From Vitrella brassicaformis CCMP3155 (Eukaryota; Protista; Chromerida), in assembly GCA_001179505.1 (NCBI GenBank), contig CDMY01000356.1, positions 310,001 through 374,000 of the forward strand: a stretch of DNA of 64,000 nucleotides. The letters run 5' to 3'. The translations under genes were made by a program, and so were the position numbers. The first letter of the stretch is position 1. Each line of letters begins with the position of its first letter. Under the pieces are notes generated by a model. That model saw nothing but the letters and a program-made list of their open reading frames with translations, ran no database searches and was not told where the DNA came from. Shown in pieces: positions 11,837-22,614 of this stretch.

Positions 11837-14800
11837 TCAACAGTGCACCGGCCAGCATCCACGCAGCTGAGACAGAATGGACTGATGGCCAGCAGAGCAC
11901 TGGTGTGTCACATCAGAGACAGCAGAGCAAACGAGACACCGCTATCGTACGAACATTTTACACACACACACAGAGACACACACTCACCCCACGTCCACCC
12001 CCATCCCACCAACCCGAAATCTCGCGTGTGGGTCCTCCTCAGAGTAGAGAATGTCGGATGCTTCGCTCGTGCCGAGCAGCACCTCACACGACTTCTTGAG
12101 CTCGTCGGCAATCTCCATTCGCTCCGGTTCACCGCTGGGGATTGACGACATGTGGAGGGCCATGAGTCCAAGGTCGTCCACGTCGAACGACCGCCGTTGC
12201 CGCGAATACTCAAGAACCTCACGCATGGCCGTATGGCCCTCCTCGTCCCGCCAATTGGCGTACAGCATGGACACACGCATGTGCAGCATCCTCGTTATTA
12301 GGGGGGTATCGACATTCAGTTCGCGGACTCTCCGGAGCATCTGCTCCAGCTCACGTAGCGCACTCTCCGCGTGCGTGAGGGACAGCCGCCGCAGCTGCTG
12401 CTCCACTTCTTCCATGACTGACGTCGCCCGCGAGCTGTACTGGGGCCCAGGGACCTGGTGGCGACTTGCCATGTCCCTCCAGCTGGCGAGAGAGATAAAG
12501 GTATCGCTCAAATAGGACACCGTGACCTCGCTGCCCGTGGGAATGGGGCGCACTGCACGCACGATCATGACCCCATCGACCACATACCTGTGTGAACCGG
12601 ACAAGACATACATGTGTGAAAGAAGCAAGAAGATTCCCTGTCATTGCCACGTTAGTCGCCTACCAGATCGCGTTGCGCTCCGCGCCGGCATGACTGGATT
12701 GCGAGGGCAACGGCCACAGGCCCACTGCAGGCCAAGACCACACACAGTGTGAAGCCGTGCATTGCATCTTCCCGTGCCTTGTTTTCTCACCCGTCACAGA
12801 CGGGACGAGGGAGGTGTCAATGACATCATCAACCACGCGAGTGTTAAAGTCGAGCAGCTGGCGGAGGCGATCGGTGGTCCAGTAGCCCCGCTGCACGACA
12901 GGCTGACCGAACTCTTCTCCTGCCGGCGAATCCATGAACCTCGGCAGAAGGGGAAACTCCACAGTCAGCCCAAGACACGTATCCAGCGTCAACGCCATGG
13001 CCGAGGGCTGTCCCTTGCTAAGCGGCAAGCAGCACAGCTGAGAGAGCAGCCGAGGGTGCCAACCATCACACGCGGCCACTAACTGGGGCAGCATCCGCTG
13101 AGATACCAGCCGCTCCAACAGCCGCCCTTGGATGCCTTCTGTGGGCGCTTGCACTGCGATGACGGCCTTCTGGACGATCAAAAGCTGCCCGGGCTGGATG
13201 TTCTCTGTGGCGATGAGGCAGGGCTGTCTGTTGGGTGCGTGTTGGATGGCGACCGGGCCGACGTACTCGCCCACGTCGATTGGCGTCGTCGACTTGCCGG
13301 GCGGCGTGTTTCGCGCGTTGCCCTTTGCATGTCGATAAATCGCCGCCCAGTCGTACACGCCGCTGGCATTGGCCATGTGAGTGTGGATGCGCTGCTGCAG
13401 CGCGTTGGCCTCTGTCGTCATCTGACCCTCCAAACCCTGGTAAGAAAAACACGAAAAGCGTCAATCGTCATCAATGTCCCCTTTTGATTCATTTGCGTCG
13501 TATCATATCGTCTTACATTGTCGCCGAGTGCCTTGGTGACTGCGTCGGCAGCATCGAACAGCCGCTCCGACAGCAGCCCGTGGCCCAGCAGAATGAGCGT
13601 CTTCTGCTGGATATCACTCAGCTGCTCGCAGGGCGCCTGCAGGGAGCTCAGATGAAAGGCGGCGGCAGCACAGCCAACAGCGTCCGGCCCTCCCTCCTTG
13701 ATGAGCTCCGGCTTGAGCAGACATGCAGCCGCGTTGCTGAGCAGCGCCACAAGGGTCTCCACATCAGCAGTAGCCAGACCAGCCGTAAGGACGTCGCGCG
13801 CCTCGGCGTACCTCTCAACCCCCTGCAGCATCTCGCCCTCCGCCAGCGCGTCCGCTACTTGCCGCGGGCTGCCTGGCATCTGCCGCTCTGTCGAGCAGAG
13901 TTTCGCCATAGCGTTCTTCATCAGTGCCGCGATCGCTTCCTTCGATGGCAAGACGACGTCAGCCGCACGGCGTCGACCCTGTCGACGCCTCCCTGGGCCG
14001 GCGCAAAGCTGCTCGATCAGGCCCTTGTACAGTCCCACAGCCGTGCACTGAATGGTGGCGCATTTGCTGCCAGGGTCGACGGATGGGAGAGGCGGAAGGA
14101 TGCGGAGGACGGTCGTCACGTCGAGGAAGGCGTCAAGGTAGCCCTCGACACCGATAAGGCACTGGGCGCGGCGCACGAGCAGCTCGCCGAGAGTCTCCCG
14201 CTCCATTCGGATACCCTGCAGCCCACAGTCAGAGATCACAGCAGCATCGTGGGTTGAAGACGCTCTTCGCGTGCACGTGTTCAGCCCCCCACCTGCAGAT
14301 ATGCCCGATAGGCGTCGAGATGTTTGTCACGCTTAAAAAGGTCGTTTCCTGTGGCTCTCCACTTGTCGGCAGGGGAGTGGACAACGGCAGCTGCACTCGG
14401 AGCGGAGGTCGCAGCACCCCTGCCAAGAGCAGACAAGCCACAGACGATGCGCACAAAGAAGAGGCGGTCATAGCGTGTATCGATTGAGTGTTTCGTTTAC
14501 GTGCTGGCAGTGGACGAAGAAGATGGACGTGCGCCCTCATTGAGCGCTGCAGACGACCGGCTGCGCGCACCACAGCCACGAAGAGGCAGGACGGCATTCT
14601 TCTGCATCCACAGTGAAGGCGCTTCTGGTCTTCCCTACCTTGTGGATGCAGCAGTAGTGGGCAGGGACGCTTCACTCGGCTCAGAATGACCCGCATTTCT
14701 GGATGCAGGCCGCTGTGCCCGGCCGGTGCCGCCCTCGTCCTTGGCCCCTTCACCCGGGTTGCCTTCCCTCTCACTGTTGCGCTGCTGCATTTCTTCCTGG

Positions 14801-16993
14801 ATCTCGTGCACGAAACTGCGCGCCCGTTGCCGAAAGGGAGTGTCTGCCGCCAGTCTGTCGACGGATGCACCGTGTCGCAGCAGCGCGCGAATGATCTCCT
14901 TCTGTCGCTCGATCTTCGTTGGTGGGGCCCTCTGCTCGCAGAGCTGGTCCGTGAGACGGTACGCGGCCTGGCCCAATGCTGTGGCTCCCTGCCCCGGTCC
15001 ACTCCGAAAGTTGAGGTTGATCTCACCAGGTCGGAGCCGCTCACACAGCCACTTCACCACCGGGAGGCCGGCATCACCACAGGAGACGGCCATGACGAGT
15101 GGCGTCGTCCCATCATCGGCTGTGGCATCAGAGGAGGCACCATAGGCCGTCAGCAGGTCCAGGTACGAACGAATGAATGCTGATGACAACGTGGGTGAGG
15201 CTTGAGAGGCCATGTGCATGGCCGTCGTTCCAGAGAGGCGTCCGCTGGCGAGTGCACGGTCATGCTCAAACAGTAGGCGATAGACCTCGAGGAGTGCCGC
15301 CTCATAGGGAGGGCTGGGCTGCGATGGGGCTGCCGCCTTCGGGCTGAAGTTAGCAAGGGCCAGGCCCATGGATAGCATGATTCCCTGATCCTGTGATGAG
15401 ATCAGCGGTGCATCGTCATACTCATTGCGGACCGCCGCCCCGTTCTCGAGCAGCACCTCAGTCGCGGTGACGTTGGCGCACTGATGGGCCACGCTAAGAG
15501 GACATACGCCTTCTTCGATGCCGGCGTTGACTTTTGCACCATTAGCGATGAGTGCCCGCAGGACCTCACGCTGCACTTGACAAGTGGGCCAGGGAGGAAG
15601 GCGCAGCTGCTGCGTCACAGCGGACCAAGTGGCCGGGCAGCTGTTGAACGGGTCATCAACAGCGAGGCAGAGGACACTCACACGCACTGGCCCGGAACCG
15701 CCCAGCACGAGCCAGTATGGCAGCGCCACTGGCTCCCGAGCTGGCTCCCTGCCCATGCCGACAGCGGTCTCTGGGTCAGCGCCGTCCCCGCACAGCCGCC
15801 ACACGTCGGGGCCAGCCAGTGTACGGCACACGGTCCGACATAGTAGCTCTTGAGACGCAGAGGCACTTGTGGCCGTGGATGCGCGGCAAGCGACCTCGAA
15901 GCTCGCCACTGATAGGCCCTGGGATCGAAGCAGGCTCTCCACCTGCTCCAAATGCGGAGCATCGACACCTCTCGCGGAAGCCTGGAAACCAGCACGCAAC
16001 CGGTACAGAGCACATCCATTTATTCCCAGCAATATGCGGCAACCCGCACCTTGATGCCTTCTGGCGGTACTGAGAGTTCGGACAAAGGCAAAGACTTGTC
16101 ACACGGAGATGCATCCGCGAATCGAGTACCCAAAGGCATACTGACACACATGGAAGCGAGAACGAGTTCTCTCGGCTGGCCACATTGTGCGACGGTGGTG
16201 CACGGCACGGCTTACCAGAAGAGCCCCGCAGATGGAGAAGAAGACGGATTAGTGTCATCCAACGGACTGAGGAACCGAAGGAGTGAGGGTTGTTTGGCAT
16301 CGACATAGAGTACTCCCTTCGCGAGTGCCTGCTGACCTGGGTGCAGACCGCGGCTGCCGTCCACTGCCCCGCCGGCCCCCTGCGCTGCTGCTCATCGCTT
16401 TGCTCGCCTTTCGCTGCCCGGCGCCCTCCGCTGCTCGTGCCTCTCGTGGCTGCTTGGTGCTGGTGCTGCTTGTGGCCTCGATGCCCTCTGTATGTAGGGG
16501 CGCGGGCGGGGCGGCAGATGACGACGATGATGATGAGGGGGTCTCACTCTCAGGAGCTGCGGACGGATCGCAGGCATCCTGGAGCACGCGTGTACGAGCC
16601 CTTCTGGCTGCACTTCTCACGGAGCTCCGTTCGAAGTCCGACAGGCTGCCGCGAAGGATCGAGAGCATGCTGATACACCCCTCTGTCAACTCCGCAAAGC
16701 GCACTGCGCCAGCCCACACAACAGGCAGGTCGGCCGAGCCGAATGCATCGTGGGCGCGAGATGCAGACCCACGCGCTCGCCGCCAATGCGACACGACGCC
16801 TGAGATGCCACTCTCAGCTGGCGCGTAGCGAAGTCCTCTTCAGTAGAGCGCAGGCGAAGTCCTCTTCCGTGGTCCTCAAAAAGCGCCAGGATGAAGCGCA
16901 CAGCAGTGGTGAGAGGCAGGGGGCTGTCGGCTTGTGGTGCATGTGGTGCAGCATCGCAGCGAGCGGCTCTCTCAGTGTCCACAGCGCCTGCCA

Positions 16994-17030
<37 letters not shown>

Positions 17031-20000
17031 GAAACGTAGAGTACGCGGCCGGTGCCCGTTCCCGGCCTGTGTACACACCTGGAATGCCACGCAGGTAGCC
17101 CAGCAGCCTGGATTCCTTGCCGGTGAAGCTGCACTCACTCCGATTAGCACACGTTTTCCAGACAGATGAGGCCATGACGCCATCCACCAATACCCGACCG
17201 GCCGTCATAGCCGCCTGCAACGCCTCACCCGTCGGCTCGGCCGCCCATTGCGTGTGCTGCAGGCCGGCAAGCTCCCACTCGAAGCCGATCGTATCCACCT
17301 GCCCACCCGCAGTGGAAGCCTTCTTGGCCACTTTGACTGTGATCGCTTCCTGACCCTCCCGTGTTAGTGCCTTCCTGGCCGATTTCCTCATGGCCTGGGC
17401 CGTGTTTGTCGCCTCCTTGACTTGCGCCGAGACCTGCTGCTGCTGCTGCTGATGCTGCAGGGCGGATGACGATGGGCACTCGATCACCGGGGGAAGGCAT
17501 GGGGTGGACGGGGATAGAGAAGGGGGGCACGACATGGCCAGCTCCTCCTGTGGTGCGCACAGCTGCAGACCCATCTCTCGCTGGATGCCCAACACCAAGC
17601 TGCGCAATTGCCGTTGCCCAGGGGTGTCAGTGCGCATACAGCCCACCGATGCACCGTGCTGAAGCAGCACACGGATGATTTCTCTCCGAATGCCGACCTT
17701 GCTCCCATCGACAGGCTTGACTTTGTGCTGCTGTGCGAGGCCGACGGCAGCCTCCTCGAGAGCTGTCATCATGTATGGCCTCCCACTGGTGACGTCCGAC
17801 GGGCCGAGCAGCGAGCACCACTGATGGACAACGGATGACGACACGCGGGCGGCGTTGATCTCCGCAGTGTCCAGCCGCTCACACAGCCAGGCAACCGCAC
17901 TGGGCGCACCCCAAGACACAGCCATGTCCAGGGGCGTCTGGCCTCCGCTGTTCCTCCCAGTCAGAGAGCCGCCGTACCGCAAAAACAACTCGAGGTAGCC
18001 GAGTATGAAGGCCGCTGGGTACGCTCGTGAGGCCATGCACGCCATGTGCAAGGCGCCCTCTCCGTCACACGCCTCGTTGACCAGGGCTGGATCATGGTCG
18101 AAGAGACGGCTGCATATGGTCACAAAGGCTTCCTGATAGCGGGCGCTCAGCTGAATCACGAATAGCCGGGCATTTGTACTAGTGATGGACGCTGCCCAGG
18201 ACTCATTGAGCGGCGGACACACGAGCTCATCCAGCCCATCCAGCCCTCGCACAGCTGCACCGTGGGCGAGCAGCACCTCCACAGCCGTCTTGTTGGCACA
18301 AAGAACGGCAACACGGAGCGGCCGCCGAGTTTCGTCGAGCCCTGCAGGCCGGCAGCCGTCCACATCCGCACCAGCAGCGATGAGTGCCTCGAGCACCGAC
18401 CGCTGCAGCTCTCGTGAGGTCCACACTGGCAGCTTGAGCTGCCGGCCGCCATGGTGCTCAACGACGGGAGGCGCGTCATTGGTTTCATCGTCGATAGCAA
18501 GCGAGAGTATGCTGATCCCGGTCGCCAGCTGTCCGACCCAGTAGCCAGGGCCCACACGCAGCTGGACACCCAGGTCGGCCCTCGCGCCGGCTTCATGCAG
18601 ACGCATCACACCATCAGCTGAGGTAAAAGAACGACCCATGATGCGGTAGGCGAGTTCGCGGCCGGCGGGGCTGTCATCGCCATGTGGTGCGCAGGCCGTA
18701 TCCCTGTGGCTGCAGCAGCTCCCGCAAAGTGCGCTCGTACACGGGCTCCGGCGTGTCTTGCGTGGTGGGGAAGGCACCAGGGGCAGATCGGATCCTGTCA
18801 AGACGCATGACGCAGGAAGGTGAGCCGGGCTGTGACTATGGTGCAGCGTTTACCGAGGAGGATCAACTGCAGAGGAAGAGGCAGGTGGCTGCTCGGCCGT
18901 GTCGCTCTTGACGGCACCAGTCCGTACACTTAAGTGACAGCACAGTCAAGTGACAGACCACCCCGCGCACGCCCACTCACTCGTGTGTGTGTGTCTTCCC
19001 ACCTGCTGCCAGGGGCAGGCGGCGGCTCGACTGGGGCGCTCAGCTGGCTGTGCATCTCATTCTGGATGTCCTGCACGAGCCTGTGCGGAATGTCCTCCTT
19101 TCGACCGCTTCTGCGCATCAGCTGGATGTCGGCACCGTTGCTGAGCAGTGCGCGGATGACTTGCTTGGCCCTATCGATCTGCTGCAGTGGAGCCCTCGCT
19201 CTCAGCTGGTCACTAAGATGACTGTCAGCCGCCGTCAGTGGCGTTGTGCCCCCCAACGGATGGCTCTTGTCGATCTCACTGGTGCCGAGCTGCTCCAACA
19301 GCCACTCCACCACATCGCCACCGCCCTGAACCACGGCGTAGTCGAAGGGCGTACAGCCCTTGGCGTCCTTCGCGATGAGATCGGCGCCGTGGGCCGCGAG
19401 TAGGTCCAGGTAGCTGTGCATGAAATCTGGCGATAGTGAAAGCGACGAATTCTCCACAGCGATCCAGTGCATGGGAGTGTTGCCCTCATCGGTATGTTCG
19501 CTGGCCACCGTGGGGTCCTTCTGAAGCAGTTGGCGATAGACCTCCAGCAGGGCAGGCTCATATTGGGGGCTCGGCGAGAATGGACGGTCGCTCAATCGGA
19601 AGAAAGCCAGCCGCATCCCGCGTACAGCCGCACCATGGGCGAGCAGCACCTCCACAGCCGTCACATTGGGCGTACAACACGGCCACTCGAAGGGGTGTGA
19701 TTTCACACGGACGGCCGTCCACACCCGCACCAGCAGCGATGAGCGCCTCGAGCACCTCCCGCTGCAGCTCTCGCGAGGGCCACAATGGCAGCTTGAGCTG
19801 CCGGCCGGCCGCGATGAGTGGAGGAGCACTATTGATGTCATCGATGGCCAGGCAGAGGATGCTGCTGAATATCGTCAGGTGTTTGCCTTCTGGATGGTCC
19901 GTCTCCAACTGGACGGCGATACTCGGGTCAGCTCCGCCCTCACGACAGAGCCTCGACACGTCGTCGCCTGATCTGGCGGTGCGGCACAGCATTGAGGTCG

Positions 20001-20262
20001 TCAGCTGCCGGCTTTGAGGGCTCTGGTTCCTGCCGAGAATCGCGCCGAGAGAAAGGCCCTGCCGCGAGAGCAGGTCGTCCAACTGCCTCTCATCTGAATA
20101 CTCCTCCTCAGTCTGCAGAATGAATGAACCACACAGCAGAATCAAGAAGGCCTTTGTTGTCATTCATTTTACCGGGCCAGATGAAGGCATGTGGGTGGGT
20201 GGTGGCTGAGAAGATGCGGCCGCCTCTTGGCGCCCACCAAACAACCCAAGCAGCGACTGCAT
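11837..20262 (-). CDS. Giant multidomain protein: 3x ankyrin module, possible winged-helix, TPRs, degenerate SET, Cys/His tail; two frameshifts in the 5' half
   Basis: 16-exon GT-AG model: 20262-20173, 20112-19003, 18928-18854, 18794-17079, 16987-16769, 16703-16337, 16266-16216, 16140-16050, 15981-14639, 14560-14501, 14419-14293, 14215-13517, 13436-12791, 12724-12664, 12587-12014, 11941-11837. All junctions are phase-compatible, except that exons 2 and 4 each carry a net +1 nt. Total 7334 nt. Confidence 0.7.
12500..13330 (-). other. Degenerate SET domain (SMYD/TPR-SET type)
   Basis: DVGEYVGPVAIQHAPNRQPCLIATENIQPGQLLIVQKA ... VGLWPLPSQSSHAGAERNAIWYVVDGVMIVRAVRPIPTGSEVTVSY aligns to the SET consensus (GRGLFA..dI..Gelil.Ek ... 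GL...S..NHSC.PN ... MIVRA.RdI..GEEi..SY). GRGL has become QPCL and NHSC has become SHAG. Confidence 0.75.
13517..14419 (-). other. TPR region of the giant gene
   Basis: ADKWRATGNDLFKRDKHLDAYRAYLQ|GIRME...LLVRRAQCLIGVEGYLDAFLD and GEMLQGVERYAEARDVLTAGL...LLSNAAACLLK match TPR helix-pair patterns. Confidence 0.8.
14800..15981 (-). other. Ankyrin module C
   Basis: LRLPPWPTCQVQREVLRALIANGAKVN...CPLSVAHQCANVTATEVLLENGA, GTTAMHMA, GTTPLVMAVSCG, ATALGQAA...IIRALLRHGA. Colinear with modules A and B. Confidence 0.85.
17590..18794 (-). other. Ankyrin module B, with a frameshift at about 18683-18686 in its N-terminal part
   Basis: YERTLRELLQPQGYGLRTT shifts into HGDDSPAGRELAYRIMGR. Ankyrin motifs follow: RPLRVAVLCANKTAVEVLLAHGA, GEGALHMAC, GQTPLDMAVSWG, TALEEAA...IIRVLLQHGA. 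Confidence 0.8.
19003..20112 (-). pseudogene. Ankyrin module A, split by a +1 frameshift at about 19668-19670
   Basis: LPLWPSRELQREVLEALIAAGAGVDG...TPLRVAVLYA continues as NVTAVEVLLAHGAAVRG...GNTPMHW...GCTPFDYAV...GTTPLTAA only after skipping one extra base (TAC GCC C AAT). Confidence 0.75.
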
Positions 20263-21119
20263 CTGCATAACAACACCGAGAGAGAGGGAAGACGGTCGCT
20301 TCCACATTGTGTGTGGAGCTCATTCAGCAGGGGCTGACCTGTATGAGGCGTCCTCACTGCCCTGAGGCTCGCGGCGACGGCTCACTCCCGCCTCAGATCT
20401 ACCATCTCAGTCCTTCAGAGTCGGCACTCAATCACTGTCGATTGACCCGCCCATCCTACATCACTGAAAGCTACAATCACAGCCGACGATGAAACAATCA
20501 TCCACCGTTTTGCAGGAGTCCTCTCTCACGACAGGGAGGCCAAAGCTGCGAGCTTAGCCGAAAAGCTGGCGATCCATTCCGTGGAACTGGAAAACGTCCA
20601 TGAAAGCCAGCTTCCTGCCCAGACTCACCAGCTCGTGACCCAAAAACCGCAGCTTTTCCATTGCAAATGACCGATTTATCATCAGTGCGTGTTGCTTGAC
20701 CAGACTGCCAGCTCCTTGGCTTGGAATCACCCTCTGTCCACAGGTGTCCATCCATTCATCCATCCATCCGCCGAAATGACAAGGCACCCGCTCCCTCACA
20801 GCTGTACAAGCAAAACCAACAGGTCATCCAACCTTGCTCACTGCACACTTGGGGCAACCACACAGAAAGTGCTGCGCTGCCCTTCCGGGGAGTAGACAGC
20901 GAAGCACTGCAGGCAAGGAGCAGAGCAGCCGACACAGGATAGTCACAGACAAGCAAAGCCATACTTCACTGTCTCATCACACCGCCACGCCTCTCTGACA
21001 GCGCCCGCCTCTCTTGACAGCATCGATCACAAGAACGGCACGCTGATCGGCCAGCCGATGGCGAAAGTATGCACAGCAGCCGGCACTGAGCAGACCACCA
21101 CACTCTCTGACTCACTCGG

Positions 21120-22422
21120 TCATCCGAAAGGGTTGCCGCCCGGCCACGACCCATTCTGCCATTCCTCCCACATTTTCTCCCACAGGTCTTTCGCTGCACA
21201 AGTACACAATCACACGCACGTCACAGGCCGGTGTGATGGCTGCAGGTCGGTCGTGTGATGCGTTGTGTCCGTTCCCATCTTACTGAAGTTGAAGTCAGGT
21301 CGCCAGTCAGCGAACCTGTCGTCGGCATCGCCAAAGTAATCGTCGAATCGGGAATCCTCAGACTGACCAACGCAATCAAGGTGGCACACACCGCACTCAC
21401 TCACAGGCATGTCAGTCATGTGGCTGCCTGACTGTAAGTGTGTGTGTACTGTACGGTGTCTTTGTATAGTTGGCATCTGCCGGTGATGAGCGTGTAGCCC
21501 TCGGCACACTCGTCACACGTGTAGGGGGACTGACACCGCACACAGTGCTCCGGACAATCTGACCATCACATCACGGAAGCAACAGAAACAAACAAACGGG
21601 GTGATTGATGCACCTGTGTCGGTTTAGTTTATCGGCCGTGCGCACCTTTGCAGAATCTGTAGTAGGTGGTCTTTCTGAAGGTGCTGTTCTGCTCAGGGCA
21701 GGGCGCCACACACATGCCTGTGGAGGACTGAGTGCTGGCCCGTGTGGCGTCTGTCACGTGAGGCACCAGCGTGTTGGGCGCCAGACACGATGTGCAGTGG
21801 ATCTCATACGAATCCACACACGTCAGGCAGCTGCTGTGACACGCTGCGGGCACACAACATGGATGGAAGGACAGGGAGAAAATATATAAAGGTACCTGAT
21901 TTGCTGTCCGCCTCGGTGTGTGTGTGTGCTGACGTGCGCATCCGCTTCCGTCGGCGAGAGGGAATTCGCCATCGAGGCAGACAGTGAGGCACAGCCGCCG
22001 CTCGTCTAGAACATAGCCGCCCGAGCACTTGGTGCACTCGAACTCCAGCGGCCCCGTACACTCATCGCAGTGATCCACACACGCTGAATAGGACACACAC
22101 ACACACACACACACACACACGCGCACATGCTCCCTCCCGCTCCCGAAGGACATGATGCGCATGTCGGTCTCCTTCCCTCCTCCCTCCTTGATACACACAC
22201 ACACATACATACGTAGATACCTTTGCATTCTCCCCCGAATCGATAGAAGCCGGTGGTGCACGGCGGCACGCACTGGTCCCGCCAGATGGTGTACCCCTCG
22301 TCGCACTCATAGCACACCCACTGCAGATCCCAGTCCTGCAGATGGCAGCGGGCGCAGTTGGGGTCGCACTTGAGCACACCATAAGCCACGGCAGAGCCCA
22401 GCAGCGGCAGCAGGGCAAGCAT
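21120..22422 (-). CDS. Secreted cysteine-rich protein with furin-like (growth-factor-receptor Cys-rich) repeats
   Basis: Signal-like MLALLPLLGSAVA, then repeats CDPNCARC...C..CDEGY, CVDHCDECTGP..FECTKCSGGY, CHSSCLTC....HCTSC, CPEHCAVC..PYTCDECAEGY. Six phase-consistent exons: 22422-22221, 22083-21934, 21843-21646, 21558-21455, 21362-21284, 21193-21120. Ends KDLWEKMWEEWQNGSWPGGNPFG-stop. Confidence 0.85.
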
Positions 22423-22602
22423 CAGAGAAGAGGAGATGACTGACGCTGCCGTGACTGTGGACCAGAACATGGGTAGGATGGATGGGCATGTTGGTGTCAT
22501 GCCGAGGCCTTGGTAAAGGGCAGATGGTGGCTTCAGATCAGCACCGGCAAGGCGTCGTCAGCTGCAAACGGCGTCAGATCTCCATCATTTTCCGCATTTT
22601 CT

Positions 22603-22614
22603 TCAGTGGATAGG
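22603..22614 (+). repeat. Left target-site duplication TCAGTGGATAGG
   Basis: Identical to 22999-23010. Confidence 0.93.

Noticed and set aside
14635-14640. Apparent stop codons ending conserved ORFs (TAG 14635, TAA 32990, TGA 50010), suggesting readthrough or a variant genetic code
   Set aside because: Each lies in the first bases of a GT intron and is removed by splicing.
16827-16866. Direct repeat GCGAAGTCCTCTTC x2
   Set aside because: Only two 14-bp copies inside a coding exon; not a CRISPR array or a TSD.
18683-19670. Programmed ribosomal frameshifting as the explanation for the two frameshifts
   Set aside because: No slippery heptamer or shared signal at either site. Slippage mutation or assembly error is simpler.
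20400-21090. Possible extra exons (…FAMEKLRFLGHEL with a GTGAGT donor; CFAVYSPEGQRSTF) between the furin-repeat gene and the giant gene
   Set aside because: I could not build a phase-consistent model with start and stop. It may be UTR, a small gene or upstream exons; RNA-seq is needed.
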